Source: a virus (lineage: Duplodnaviria > Caudoviricetes). Taken from it: DNA of 35,722 nucleotides. Made by a program: the position numbers and the translations under genes. Positions within the stretch are counted from its first letter, which is position 1. Each line of letters starts with the position of its first letter. The stretch covers positions 1 to 35,722 of the IMG/VR virus record IMGVR_UViG_3300017828_000005; one strand, 5' to 3'. Under the pieces are notes generated by a model. That model was not told the origin of the DNA and made no database searches. It saw nothing but the letters and a program-made list of their open reading frames with translations. Of this stretch, positions 9,803 through 18,298 are shown one piece after another.

Positions 9803-10323
9803 TATCTATCTATTAGTTTAAAGTTTTGATAATGAAGTTCATCATTATTAAGCTTTTCTTTAAGTTTTGTTTTATTCCCCTTATCTCCTCTTGTTGGTTT
9901 AAATCTATAAGCACTTTTATTTCTTACTTTACAACCAACCTTATTCCAGTAGAACATAGCATACCAATCATCAGTGTGGTAGATAAAGTATTCAATTCCA
10001 TCTGGATTATCTTCTGATTTAAGATCTTCCTCATCATATCCTTCTGGTGGTGCTTCTTCTGCTTCACCACTAAGTAGTTCTTTCTTGTATTTCATTGTAG
10101 CTCCCCAATTTACCTGAGGATTGGTGTGATTTCTAGGAACTCTGATAACGGATATAGTAGATAGATAGGCTCCCATATTAAGCTTATACCCGTCAGTAAC
10201 CCTATCCATTGACCACATGTTAAAAAGCTCACAACACTCTCTATAATCAGAATAGGAGAGCGGGTCATCCACACTCTCCTTATAGTCTTCATACATTGTC
10301 TTTAGAGTATGTGATTGAGGCAT
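9802..10323 (-). CDS. Conserved crAss IHF/HU-like protein (IHF_54-type)
   Basis: GYKLNMGAYLSTISV, VNWGAT, IYHTDDWYAMFYWNK...NKSAYRFKPTR pattern and location in the tail module, as in crAss-like phages. Confidence 0.65.
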   Translation of the reverse strand: MPQSHTLKTMYEDYKESVDDPLSYSDYRECCELFNMWSMDRVTDGYKLNMGAYLSTISVIRVPRNHTNPQVNWGATMKYKKELLSGEAEEAPPEGYDEEDLKSEDNPDGIEYFIYHTDDWYAMFYWNKVGCKVRNKSAYRFKPTRGDKGNKTKLKEKLNNDELHYQNFKLIDR

Positions 10324-10324
10324 A

Positions 10325-10540
10325 TTAAAGTTCTTCTTTTAATTTTGATTGATAATAGTCTACACATCCTCCAATAGCTGCAAAAACAACAAATACTGCT
10401 CCGTAGATAAGAAGATTGGGTTCATTAAGAAATTCTTTACTCCATAGAATGTATACAATAAGGATTCCTAAAGAACCTCCAATTGTAGTAGAAGTACCTT
10501 TCTTTTTGATAAGTAGTTTTACTAGATCATCTTGAGTCAT
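10325..10540 (-). CDS. Small two-TM membrane protein, putative holin
   Basis: 71 aa with two hydrophobic segments (TTIGGSLGILIVYILW; LLIYGAVFVVFAAIGGCV) and a charged C-terminal tail; near the DUF5675 gene. Confidence 0.55.
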   Translation of the reverse strand: MTQDDLVKLLIKKKGTSTTIGGSLGILIVYILWSKEFLNEPNLLIYGAVFVVFAAIGGCVDYYQSKLKEEL

Positions 10541-10549
10541 ATTAGATAA

Positions 10550-11320
10550 CTAGTCTAATTCAACAAAGAAATTCTCATATGTCATATCAGTATCATACTT
10601 AGTAAAGTCAAAGTCTACATTCTCAGTTCTATAATTTAGATGTGGAACCATTGTAACCCAAGATTCAAAGAACTGTTCATACTTAGATTCATCAGGCATA
10701 TTTGCTTGATTTCTAGCCTGTGTGCAATACTTTAACCATCTTTGTTCAGCATCTCCCCATCCTAGTCCAGCAGGATGTTCTTTACCTCCTTCCATAAGTT
10801 TCATTACAATGTACCAATAAAGAGCCTGCTTGTAGGAGTAGTTATCAGGGACCATTGGGAAGTTGTCATTATCCAGAGAGAATCCCAGATATGTAATAAG
10901 AATCCAATCTTCTTCAAAAGAAGTCTTTATATAGTTACCATCTAGAAGAAATGTCTCTTGAGTATGATCAGATCCTTTATAAGTACTTGAATCTTCTTCT
11001 ACTAAAGCGGGATGGTTACTAGAGTCTCCATATTGAAGAACTATATTAAATTGATCTCTTGTAGGCTTACTAGACTCATTAAACGTACCTTTTCCATATC
11101 TAACCTCTCTAAGCCTATATAAGTCCTTTGGAAGAGGGGCCTTATGGGACTTTGTTCTAACTATTCGTGATTTATCTTCAAACTGTGGAGCAGCATTAAT
11201 AGCCTGAAGAGCCTCCCCAATCCATTCTACTGCATCTTTAATCCAATCATTTCTTTGGATCTTAAGATCACGAAAGGTTTTTGCTATAATTGATTTACTA
11301 GATACGTAATCGTATACCAT
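10550..11320 (-). CDS. Tail ring / tubular protein (crAss R1, P22 gp4/T7 gp11-like)
   Basis: YVSSKSIIAK..RDL...DAVEWIGEAL, KAPLP.DL, YIKTSFEE, D...FPMVPDN.SY..AL.WYI, W.KYC.QA: conserved crAss Ttub pattern. Confidence 0.8.
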   Translation of the reverse strand: MVYDYVSSKSIIAKTFRDLKIQRNDWIKDAVEWIGEALQAINAAPQFEDKSRIVRTKSHKAPLPKDLYRLREVRYGKGTFNESSKPTRDQFNIVLQYGDSSNHPALVEEDSSTYKGSDHTQETFLLDGNYIKTSFEEDWILITYLGFSLDNDNFPMVPDNYSYKQALYWYIVMKLMEGGKEHPAGLGWGDAEQRWLKYCTQARNQANMPDESKYEQFFESWVTMVPHLNYRTENVDFDFTKYDTDMTYENFFVELD

Positions 11321-11325
11321 TAAAG

Positions 11326-13134
11326 TTAGGTCCTATTATCCCTTTGATTTATATTAGTAGCTCCTCCATCTATATCAAGTCCGGTATTTTGAGCTTCTGT
11401 AATATCATTATCCGCTATAAGCATTTTATCTGCACCACTTTCAACAAACACCCCAATACGGCCAAATTTTTGGTGGTTTCCAACAACATCTATATTTCTT
11501 GCTGTTCCAACAGATACAGCCGCCCCCTCACCATTTACATTACTAGTATCATTAGATGTAATAATGTTTTTCCTAATGTTAATTCTTGAGGTTTGAGACA
11601 AGTTTTCATCTTTAACCCTTATTCCATTTGCATCTGTACTAACTATTCTATTTGCACTAATAACAGCATCAACAGTATCTGTTATAAATATTCCCTGTCC
11701 AGGTGCGTTTATTTGATTATTAGATATAATTACCTCTTCCGTTGGGAGGTTGTTTGCTGTATCTATTGATCGAACTTTAATTCCTTCAAGGCCACCTTCT
11801 ACGATATTATCAACGATGGACGTATCTTTTGCTTGGTTGTTTGACCCACCGGAAGGAGAAGTATCAATTGTTAATACTTCAATGGCGGCGTCATTACTGT
11901 TTTTTACAATATTGTCCGATATAGTAATATGCAAGGACGTATCATTTATAATCCTAGAATTTCCCCCAATCAAAACATTACCCCTTATTTTTATTCGTTC
12001 TGGTTGGGGAATATCAGAAGTTTGAATAGTATGTCTACCATTACTGGCGGTTACTTGTGTAGATTTAATGCCTTGAATAACTGAGTCTGTAGTACCTCCG
12101 CGCACACCAATGACTTCATATCCAGCTCTATTATAATTTCCACCCCGCACAGTTACCCTTGACGAGTCGGTTACACATACACAGAAAGATCTATATTGAT
12201 TTGATATATTGGTAGAGGATAGATCATCTCTAACATCTTCTATTCTACAGTTTTCTACAACAACATTTTCAGCATCATTAATCCATAGTCCAGCTTCTGT
12301 TCTAGGACCAGACGTTCCAGCGGTATTTCCTTGAATCTGAATATTTCTAACTTCTATATTTGTCGTTCCCCCAACACCTTGTTCGGTTGTAAAATGTGGA
12401 TACATATCATTTGTACCCCCCTTAATATTTGAGGTACTATAAGAAGTTAGATTTGACGCAGATCCATCTTTTAGCGTAAGTTTTGTTTTTTCCTTTCCAT
12501 CACCAACTAGTACAACACCATCTGGAATCTCAATAGTCGATGAGTATTTATAATTACCAGAAGGAAGATAACAAAAACCATTTGTAGTTGATGCTTTGTT
12601 AAGTGCATCTTTTAGTTCAGTTGTAATATCCTCACCATCTTTAGCACCAAACCACTTTACATTAATTGCTCCTCTAATTTGAGTATCTCTTCTGACCCAC
12701 CACTCTCCATTACTAGATTGAAGTACAGTTGAGCCATCATCTCCATCTCCAATGGGATCATTATCAAAAGGCAAAAATAATCCAGATTGAACAGTTGGTC
12801 CTTCTACTCCCACCATTCTAGTTTTCTGTGTAGAAGTACTATTCAGATCACTAATATTTTCTACAGTTCTTGGAGAATAGGGCTGTGTAAGGATAGGATC
12901 TCCAAGATCATCCCATGTGTCTGTAGTATCATTCCAGCTAACTCGCTGTACGAGTCCGTCTCCAATGGGATAGGCTCCAAGAGCCACACCAGTTCCACTT
13001 TGATAGTCTTTTGGCTTTTGATTTAATTGTGTGGATACATATTCTGGATTTACATTAGTTGCTCCAGCAGCATTTTGATAAGCTCTTTCTGCTCTAGCTC
13101 TGTTGGATGTAATGTGGCTATCTAAAAGTCCCAT
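11326..13134 (-). CDS. Tailspike with pectate-lyase-3-like right-handed beta-helix (polysaccharide depolymerase candidate)
   Basis: DDGSTVLQSSNGEWWVR head-domain motif, then INVKWFGAKDGEDITTELKDAL...YLPSGNY...IPDGVVLVGDG, followed by many I/V-x-x-N-x-I beta-helix rungs. Confidence 0.85.
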   Translation of the reverse strand: MGLLDSHITSNRARAERAYQNAAGATNVNPEYVSTQLNQKPKDYQSGTGVALGAYPIGDGLVQRVSWNDTTDTWDDLGDPILTQPYSPRTVENISDLNSTSTQKTRMVGVEGPTVQSGLFLPFDNDPIGDGDDGSTVLQSSNGEWWVRRDTQIRGAINVKWFGAKDGEDITTELKDALNKASTTNGFCYLPSGNYKYSSTIEIPDGVVLVGDGKEKTKLTLKDGSASNLTSYSTSNIKGGTNDMYPHFTTEQGVGGTTNIEVRNIQIQGNTAGTSGPRTEAGLWINDAENVVVENCRIEDVRDDLSSTNISNQYRSFCVCVTDSSRVTVRGGNYNRAGYEVIGVRGGTTDSVIQGIKSTQVTASNGRHTIQTSDIPQPERIKIRGNVLIGGNSRIINDTSLHITISDNIVKNSNDAAIEVLTIDTSPSGGSNNQAKDTSIVDNIVEGGLEGIKVRSIDTANNLPTEEVIISNNQINAPGQGIFITDTVDAVISANRIVSTDANGIRVKDENLSQTSRINIRKNIITSNDTSNVNGEGAAVSVGTARNIDVVGNHQKFGRIGVFVESGADKMLIADNDITEAQNTGLDIDGGATNINQRDNRT

Positions 13135-13586
13135 TATTTAGTTATTTCTTGTGCAATGTTAACATCAAATCTCATAAAGGTGTGGGTACTATTATTTATA
13201 GTACCTTGTATATCAAGAATAGCTTCATCAAAAGGATAGTCTGACAATATACTGTAATCATCATCTGTAAAATGTAGTTCATCTTTTGTAGTACCTGGAG
13301 GATTTCCTTGATTATTATCATAGTTTATAGCATCTTGACTTTGACCTAATGTAAAATCACTACTAGAAGCACAATAGGTATCACTCTCAGGTCCTACGCT
13401 AAAACATGCTGCAAATGAATCAAATTGATCAAAGTTATAAGGTGTCCTATTAGTATCCAGATTTATCCCTCTTAGCGTAATACTAATTTCATCACCTTCA
13501 TAGATTTCAGTATTCTCTTTATATGGAAATCCCTTAGGTGCTATCTCATACGAATACTGATCAAATTGTTTTATATAACTATACAT
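13134..13586 (-). CDS. BppU-N-like Ig-fold adaptor protein (putative fibre attachment)
   Basis: IYEGDEISITL...TPYNF...AILDIQGT...THTFMRFDVNIAQEIT resembles the BppU N-terminal domain pattern; TAATG-coupled to both neighbours. Confidence 0.45.
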   Translation of the reverse strand: MYSYIKQFDQYSYEIAPKGFPYKENTEIYEGDEISITLRGINLDTNRTPYNFDQFDSFAACFSVGPESDTYCASSSDFTLGQSQDAINYDNNQGNPPGTTKDELHFTDDDYSILSDYPFDEAILDIQGTINNSTHTFMRFDVNIAQEITK

Positions 13587-14242
13587 TATTCAGATGCGCT
13601 TTGTTGTCCTGCTTGTGATTGTACAGCAAAGCTTAGTTCTCCATTAAGAAGACTCTGTGTTATCCTCTGTATCATATCTTCTGGAATAGGAAATGGTTTT
13701 TCTTCATCTTCATTCTTAAAGTTATAAACAGCTTCTGGATCTTCAAACACTCCCCTAATATTTATTTCATCAAGTACATTTGTATTCCTAAGATAAATAT
13801 ATCCATTTCTATAGAATACTTCGGGTTCATCAGATGTGAATTTATTGTACTGATTCCACCAACTTCTATGTGCATCTATTAGAGGAAAGGGTTCTCCTGC
13901 TTTATTGGCTTTACCTACATATGTGATTCCCTCCCATTCCTTCATTCTAATAGGAGAAGGAATCTTATTATCTGTTCTAAGAAGCTCTATATTAGATGTT
14001 GTATTAGAATCTTCAGCAGTATCATAATAGTCAACTGTTACTAGTCCAAGGTCCTGTTCAAACATTCTATACCGATTAAAATTTCTTTGTTGATCTCTTC
14101 TAATAAGAAGTGCTCTATAATACTTTACAGCATCCTTAATTTGATCTATAGTTAGCTCAGGAAAGTCTTTAGATCTATTACCACGAATATTATTAAGAAT
14201 GTGGTAAGAGATATCATTAAGTGATCTAGAAGTCTTTGGCAT
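13586..14242 (-). CDS. Tail ring protein (crAss R2 / gp40-like)
   Basis: I..QIK..V.YYRALLIRRD, RT..KIP.PI, YNKFT....FY.NGYIY, INIRGVFEDP..V, FPIP..M...I pattern typical of crAss ring proteins. Confidence 0.78.
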   Translation of the reverse strand: MPKTSRSLNDISYHILNNIRGNRSKDFPELTIDQIKDAVKYYRALLIRRDQQRNFNRYRMFEQDLGLVTVDYYDTAEDSNTTSNIELLRTDNKIPSPIRMKEWEGITYVGKANKAGEPFPLIDAHRSWWNQYNKFTSDEPEVFYRNGYIYLRNTNVLDEINIRGVFEDPEAVYNFKNEDEEKPFPIPEDMIQRITQSLLNGELSFAVQSQAGQQSASE

Positions 14243-14247
14243 ATGTG

Positions 14248-14460
14248 TTATCCTATTTTATCTCCAGACCATTTATCTTTATCATAGATCAAAACCTTGT
14301 TGTTATCGTAGTCCTCTATCTTTAACTTATTAGCACCTAGAAGTGTTTTCATTCTTTCATAGTATCCATCAAAGTCTTCTTGTAGTCTATCCTTATCTAC
14401 CTTTGTAGCAATAATATCATCCTTATCCTTTGTATAAATAGGCTTTGCTTTATAGTTCAT
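14248..14460 (-). CDS. Hypothetical protein (70 aa)
   Basis: ORF fills the gap between fibre and ring genes, with the same strand and codon style as its neighbours. Confidence 0.6.
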   Translation of the reverse strand: MNYKAKPIYTKDKDDIIATKVDKDRLQEDFDGYYERMKTLLGANKLKIEDYDNNKVLIYDKDKWSGDKIG

Positions 14461-14486
14461 CTTATTTATATCTCTAGCTGTAAATT

Positions 14487-15815
14487 TTAAGCAGTTACTA
14501 TATCCATCTCCATCTCAGAAATCTCAATATCAGTTGTTGAACCAAGGTTAGCGATAGCAGCCGAAAATGTATCTCCCGGATCAACTTGCTCTATAACCAC
14601 TGTCGCGGTTCCGGTTCCCGCTATAGCCGTACCTCCACTAAACTGAAGACTTTGTACAGTGAACTTTCGAGGACTACCTGGCATAATACCGTTATTCTGA
14701 AATACTGCGACTGCAAGCACTTCTGTATTACCCGTTTCAGCAGACACACCGACGTTTATTTCAAGCGCACGGCTTCTTGAACCCGTATATGTAATCTGAT
14801 TTGGTGACTGATGAGTAAACCGAGCAAGTCCTGTACTAGTTGTTGTCAGATCAATCACTTCATACGCAGCCTCATCAGTATCATCTGATGCTTGACTATT
14901 AATAGTAATAGTACCAGAGGAATCAATATCATATCCACCATAGATTTGTGAATTGGAAAGTGGATAAGAGTCTGTAACCCAATAGGGTTCGGCATTCTTG
15001 TCTCCATCTCCTGTAAGAATATTATCAGTATTTACTGATCCATCATGTACCGTTCCTCTATACTGTAATTGATCACTAATTGTAGCACCCGGATCTATGT
15101 AGATAACTTCAGTATCATTTTGAACACCCTTTACATAATTATCTGTAAGATCAATGATATCAACATCAAGATTTGAGTCTAATTCAATAATACGGACATT
15201 TGAAGCACTAACTTCTCTAAATGGACATTCACTAAAGAATATCTTGTCTGTAGTTCCAGTAAAGGTAAGTCCATCAGCAAAGTTCTCAAAATTACATCCC
15301 TTAAATGATGGTACCCTGAATCCATCAATGGTACCTAAAGATGCAATATTACCTAATCCTGCTGCATCACTAATGGATATAGATTCACATAGTATCTCTG
15401 TACTAATATCTCCACTTATATTAAAAATGGTCCCTCCTGGAGCATGTAAATACATGTCTTTCAGAAAGAGACCAGAATTTGTCCCTCTAATAGCATCTTG
15501 TTGACCAGTATGAATAATACCATCTAAGGAACCATGACCACCTACAATAGGAGTTGAATTACCAAGTCTAATTGGATTGGTTACAGTAACAAACCCCTCT
15601 ATTCTATACAGAGTGTTATCTTTTAGAGCATGTTCTCCGCTTTGATTTACATCTGGTAAATCAGACTCTCTATTAATTACCTTTTTATTGCCTATCTCAA
15701 CTAAATTATTTACATTCTTGCCTAGATCACTAAGACCAGAGGCAGTTTGTTGAACCAGCTGTCCTTTATCTGGTCCTCTAGTCTTAGCAAATATTTCCTC
15801 TATATCAATAGACAT
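14487..15815 (-). CDS. Tail fibre/spike: shared N-terminal anchor + beta-helix + C1q/TNF-like C-terminal domain
   Basis: First ~42 aa paralogous to 16293..18263; central beta-helix-like repeats; C-terminal ITYTG...INVGVSA...VAVFQN...VDPGDTFSAAIAN jelly-roll pattern. Confidence 0.65.
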   Translation of the reverse strand: MSIDIEEIFAKTRGPDKGQLVQQTASGLSDLGKNVNNLVEIGNKKVINRESDLPDVNQSGEHALKDNTLYRIEGFVTVTNPIRLGNSTPIVGGHGSLDGIIHTGQQDAIRGTNSGLFLKDMYLHAPGGTIFNISGDISTEILCESISISDAAGLGNIASLGTIDGFRVPSFKGCNFENFADGLTFTGTTDKIFFSECPFREVSASNVRIIELDSNLDVDIIDLTDNYVKGVQNDTEVIYIDPGATISDQLQYRGTVHDGSVNTDNILTGDGDKNAEPYWVTDSYPLSNSQIYGGYDIDSSGTITINSQASDDTDEAAYEVIDLTTTSTGLARFTHQSPNQITYTGSRSRALEINVGVSAETGNTEVLAVAVFQNNGIMPGSPRKFTVQSLQFSGGTAIAGTGTATVVIEQVDPGDTFSAAIANLGSTTDIEISEMEMDIVTA

Positions 15816-15821
15816 TTTATT

Positions 15822-16112
15822 TTAAGTCCTATAGTAAGCATATACAGTTCCAGATATTACCTGAATGTCATCAAAAAGTCCTTTTCTAGTATTATCTTGT
15901 GTAATATCATCTCCATCAGGAGAATCCCCATCTCCAATAGTAGTTGTATTACTACCAAGAGTAGCAGTACCATTTATAGCTACAATAGCATAATAGGTTT
16001 TATCATTATCAGTAGTAGTACCTGATGTAATTCTATCAAACTCCTTTCCTATTGAAGTTGTGAATAAATCTTTTAGTCTTGTAAGTGCTTCTTGAATATC
16101 TGCTTCTGACAT
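15822..16112 (-). CDS. Small putative structural protein (96 aa)
   Basis: N-terminal helix plus a small beta domain ending GLFDDIQVISGTVYAYY; lies between two fibre genes. Confidence 0.55.
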   Translation of the reverse strand: MSEADIQEALTRLKDLFTTSIGKEFDRITSGTTTDNDKTYYAIVAINGTATLGSNTTTIGDGDSPDGDDITQDNTRKGLFDDIQVISGTVYAYYRT

Positions 16113-16137
16113 TAGATTAATTTCAATTGATTATATT

Positions 16138-16284
16138 TTATTTAACTATTTTTCTGCATGGCAGCGCGTAGTACGCCGTCGGGATCTCCGTGAGGTCGGA
16201 GGAGTTCCGAAGCTCTGTTGGGGTTGGGGCCACGATGAAATATAGGTCGAGGGTTTGAATCAGGAGAGTAGACTGATATTGCAT
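16138..16284 (-). CDS. Small ORF (48 aa) within the GC-rich island; possibly a truncated hitchhiking gene
   Basis: Manual translation MQYQSTLLIQTLDLYFIVAPTPTELRNSSDLTEIPTAYYALPCRKIVK; ATG 8 nt after the fibre stop; below the ORF-track size cut-off. Confidence 0.4.
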   Translation of the reverse strand: MQYQSTLLIQTLDLYFIVAPTPTELRNSSDLTEIPTAYYALPCRKIVK

Positions 16285-16292
16285 GGTCTTCT

Positions 16293-18263
16293 TTATCTCA
16301 GTATAGCCTCCCACTCCACTACGATTGTTCCGCTCGGAACGGAACCAAAGTTAATTGTAAAATCCGAACTGGTTATACTTTCTATTTGTACAAAATCGAT
16401 GCCATCGGATCCACTGGTCGGCACCACAGTAATATCTGTAGCTTGTGGTGCTGAAGATAAATTATGAGGTACTGTAATGGAGGATGAAGAGGATGTACTC
16501 TCTGCACCGCTGTCTTTCTCAATGATACCGCGTGGGTCTCTCCAATCTGATCCGTCGTAATAATAACTGACCTGTTCAAAGCGGTTGTTAAGAATTATCA
16601 TATCGCCCTGCGGGTTGGATATATCCCCCGGCGTGGTCGGTCCTGTCCACACAATCAATCCACCTCCGCTGCTGATAGGTATTCCAGTCATGTCCACGCC
16701 CAACCGATAGATCGGGTAAATTGATGACCCCCCATTCGCACCGTATGTAATAGATGAGATTCCGTGATTGCAGTTTACCTCAACCCGTCCTGTAAACTCA
16801 TCTAACACATCACCCCTAATAACGGAGCCGGGTTCTATTACAAATTCATTTAATCTTGTTCCAAGTGATTGATCCCCAAGTCGTAGCCCTGTATTCGTGA
16901 TACTTGATTGTGATAACTGAAGAGATCCACGTTCTGTAGATATCTTTATCCATGATCCATTATCCCAGTTATCCATTTTTAAGGATCCTGAGATTTGAGT
17001 TGCCTCTTCAGCTATATATGCCCAATTTCCATTTTTGGTTCCAATGAGTCGTACATCATAATCAGCAATACTGAAATTTTTTTGAACGATTCCATCAGAT
17101 TCAGCCCCACGAATAATGCCTCGAACATCAGTTGTTCCATTATCGAGTCGTACAGTTGGGCCGCCGTTTATGCCTGTGGCTTCACTAAACACATCTACAC
17201 GAGTCGTAATGCCAGGGTCGCGTTTGTAATATACTGTGTCTGTTTCGCGGGCGTATATTTCAATCTTGTTTTCATCGGGCGTATTTCCGTTCCCGTCGTT
17301 TTGCTCTAACACACCCCAATTTTCACAGCCGGTTATGTAAAACGTAAAGTTAGAATTTTCCGTGTTTCCTTCTATTATTACTCCAGTGTCGGCATTTTTG
17401 ACCCATGCTGCAAGCCTACCCGGATCTTTTCGGATACCGGACACGAGAAGGGCCGTGACGCCATCGGTATATGCGGAGGTGTTATTCCCCTCATTTGCGT
17501 CGACCCGTACCTTGGTAGATGTTTTCCCTGAAGCAGATGATAGGGTGACGCTAAGTACAGGCTCTGCAATGTCAGCATTGTCAGCCTGCTTTATGGTGAC
17601 ATCCGCCATGTCGAAATTCATCACCGCTCCAGCAGACGTAGACAGTGCCTGTGTCGTGAGATACGTCGCCCCGCTACGCCCCACCAGGGTTTCGTTGTTT
17701 GCTTCTCCTTGAGTGATCGCAGCTTGTAGAGCAGGCCCGCACTCCTTGTCTGGCTTGGCCCCATAGGACTCGACATGGAAACCGGATACACCTTCCAGTT
17801 GCATCAATACACTGGCATCAAATGATATAACAGAGGCATCGTAGCCAATTAAAGTGTCTGACAAAAGGACTTTTCCACCGCCACTCTTATCGGCCCCACC
17901 CCAACTTGTGTCTGGATCTAAACCATCAATGGCGTCCTGAATGGCATCCTCATCTTGGGTGGCGCCGGTAAGACTACCATCATAGTCATCGGGATCAAGA
18001 ATCGTCGTATTCCCTGCACCATCAACAGCATAGATCTTTCCAACCTGTACGGCTGTCGGAAACTGTGTCACGCCACTCTCGGAGATACGACCATCCGGCA
18101 CCGTCCCGCTAGCAAGGTTGGAGGCGTCAAGTGAATCTCCTTGTTCAAGTAAATCATTCACATTCTTATTAAGATCAACAAGACCTGATGTACCCTGCTG
18201 AACTAATTTACCTTCATCATCTCCTCTAGTCTTGGCAAATACTTCGTCAATATTAAGTCCCAT
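16293..18263 (-). CDS. Tail fibre/tailspike with shared N-terminal anchor and beta-helix body
   Basis: Anchor MGLNIDEVFAKTRGDDEGKLVQQG, fibre motif ASNLASGTVPDGRI, two beta-helix start motifs (DEDAIQDAID...GGGKVLL; HVESYGAKPD..CGPALQAAI) and a C-terminal H-type-lectin-like ITVPHNLSSAP...FTINF...VEWEA domain. Confidence 0.75.
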   Translation of the reverse strand: MGLNIDEVFAKTRGDDEGKLVQQGTSGLVDLNKNVNDLLEQGDSLDASNLASGTVPDGRISESGVTQFPTAVQVGKIYAVDGAGNTTILDPDDYDGSLTGATQDEDAIQDAIDGLDPDTSWGGADKSGGGKVLLSDTLIGYDASVISFDASVLMQLEGVSGFHVESYGAKPDKECGPALQAAITQGEANNETLVGRSGATYLTTQALSTSAGAVMNFDMADVTIKQADNADIAEPVLSVTLSSASGKTSTKVRVDANEGNNTSAYTDGVTALLVSGIRKDPGRLAAWVKNADTGVIIEGNTENSNFTFYITGCENWGVLEQNDGNGNTPDENKIEIYARETDTVYYKRDPGITTRVDVFSEATGINGGPTVRLDNGTTDVRGIIRGAESDGIVQKNFSIADYDVRLIGTKNGNWAYIAEEATQISGSLKMDNWDNGSWIKISTERGSLQLSQSSITNTGLRLGDQSLGTRLNEFVIEPGSVIRGDVLDEFTGRVEVNCNHGISSITYGANGGSSIYPIYRLGVDMTGIPISSGGGLIVWTGPTTPGDISNPQGDMIILNNRFEQVSYYYDGSDWRDPRGIIEKDSGAESTSSSSSITVPHNLSSAPQATDITVVPTSGSDGIDFVQIESITSSDFTINFGSVPSGTIVVEWEAILR

Positions 18264-18298
18264 TATTTTAAACTAAATTATTCTAATTTAAGTTATTA

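Noticed and set aside
11326-18263. Diversity-generating retroelement or invertible cassette acting on the fibres
   Set aside because: No reverse transcriptase, recombinase, TR/VR pair differing at adenines, or flanking inverted repeats is visible; the only repeat is the N-terminal anchor.
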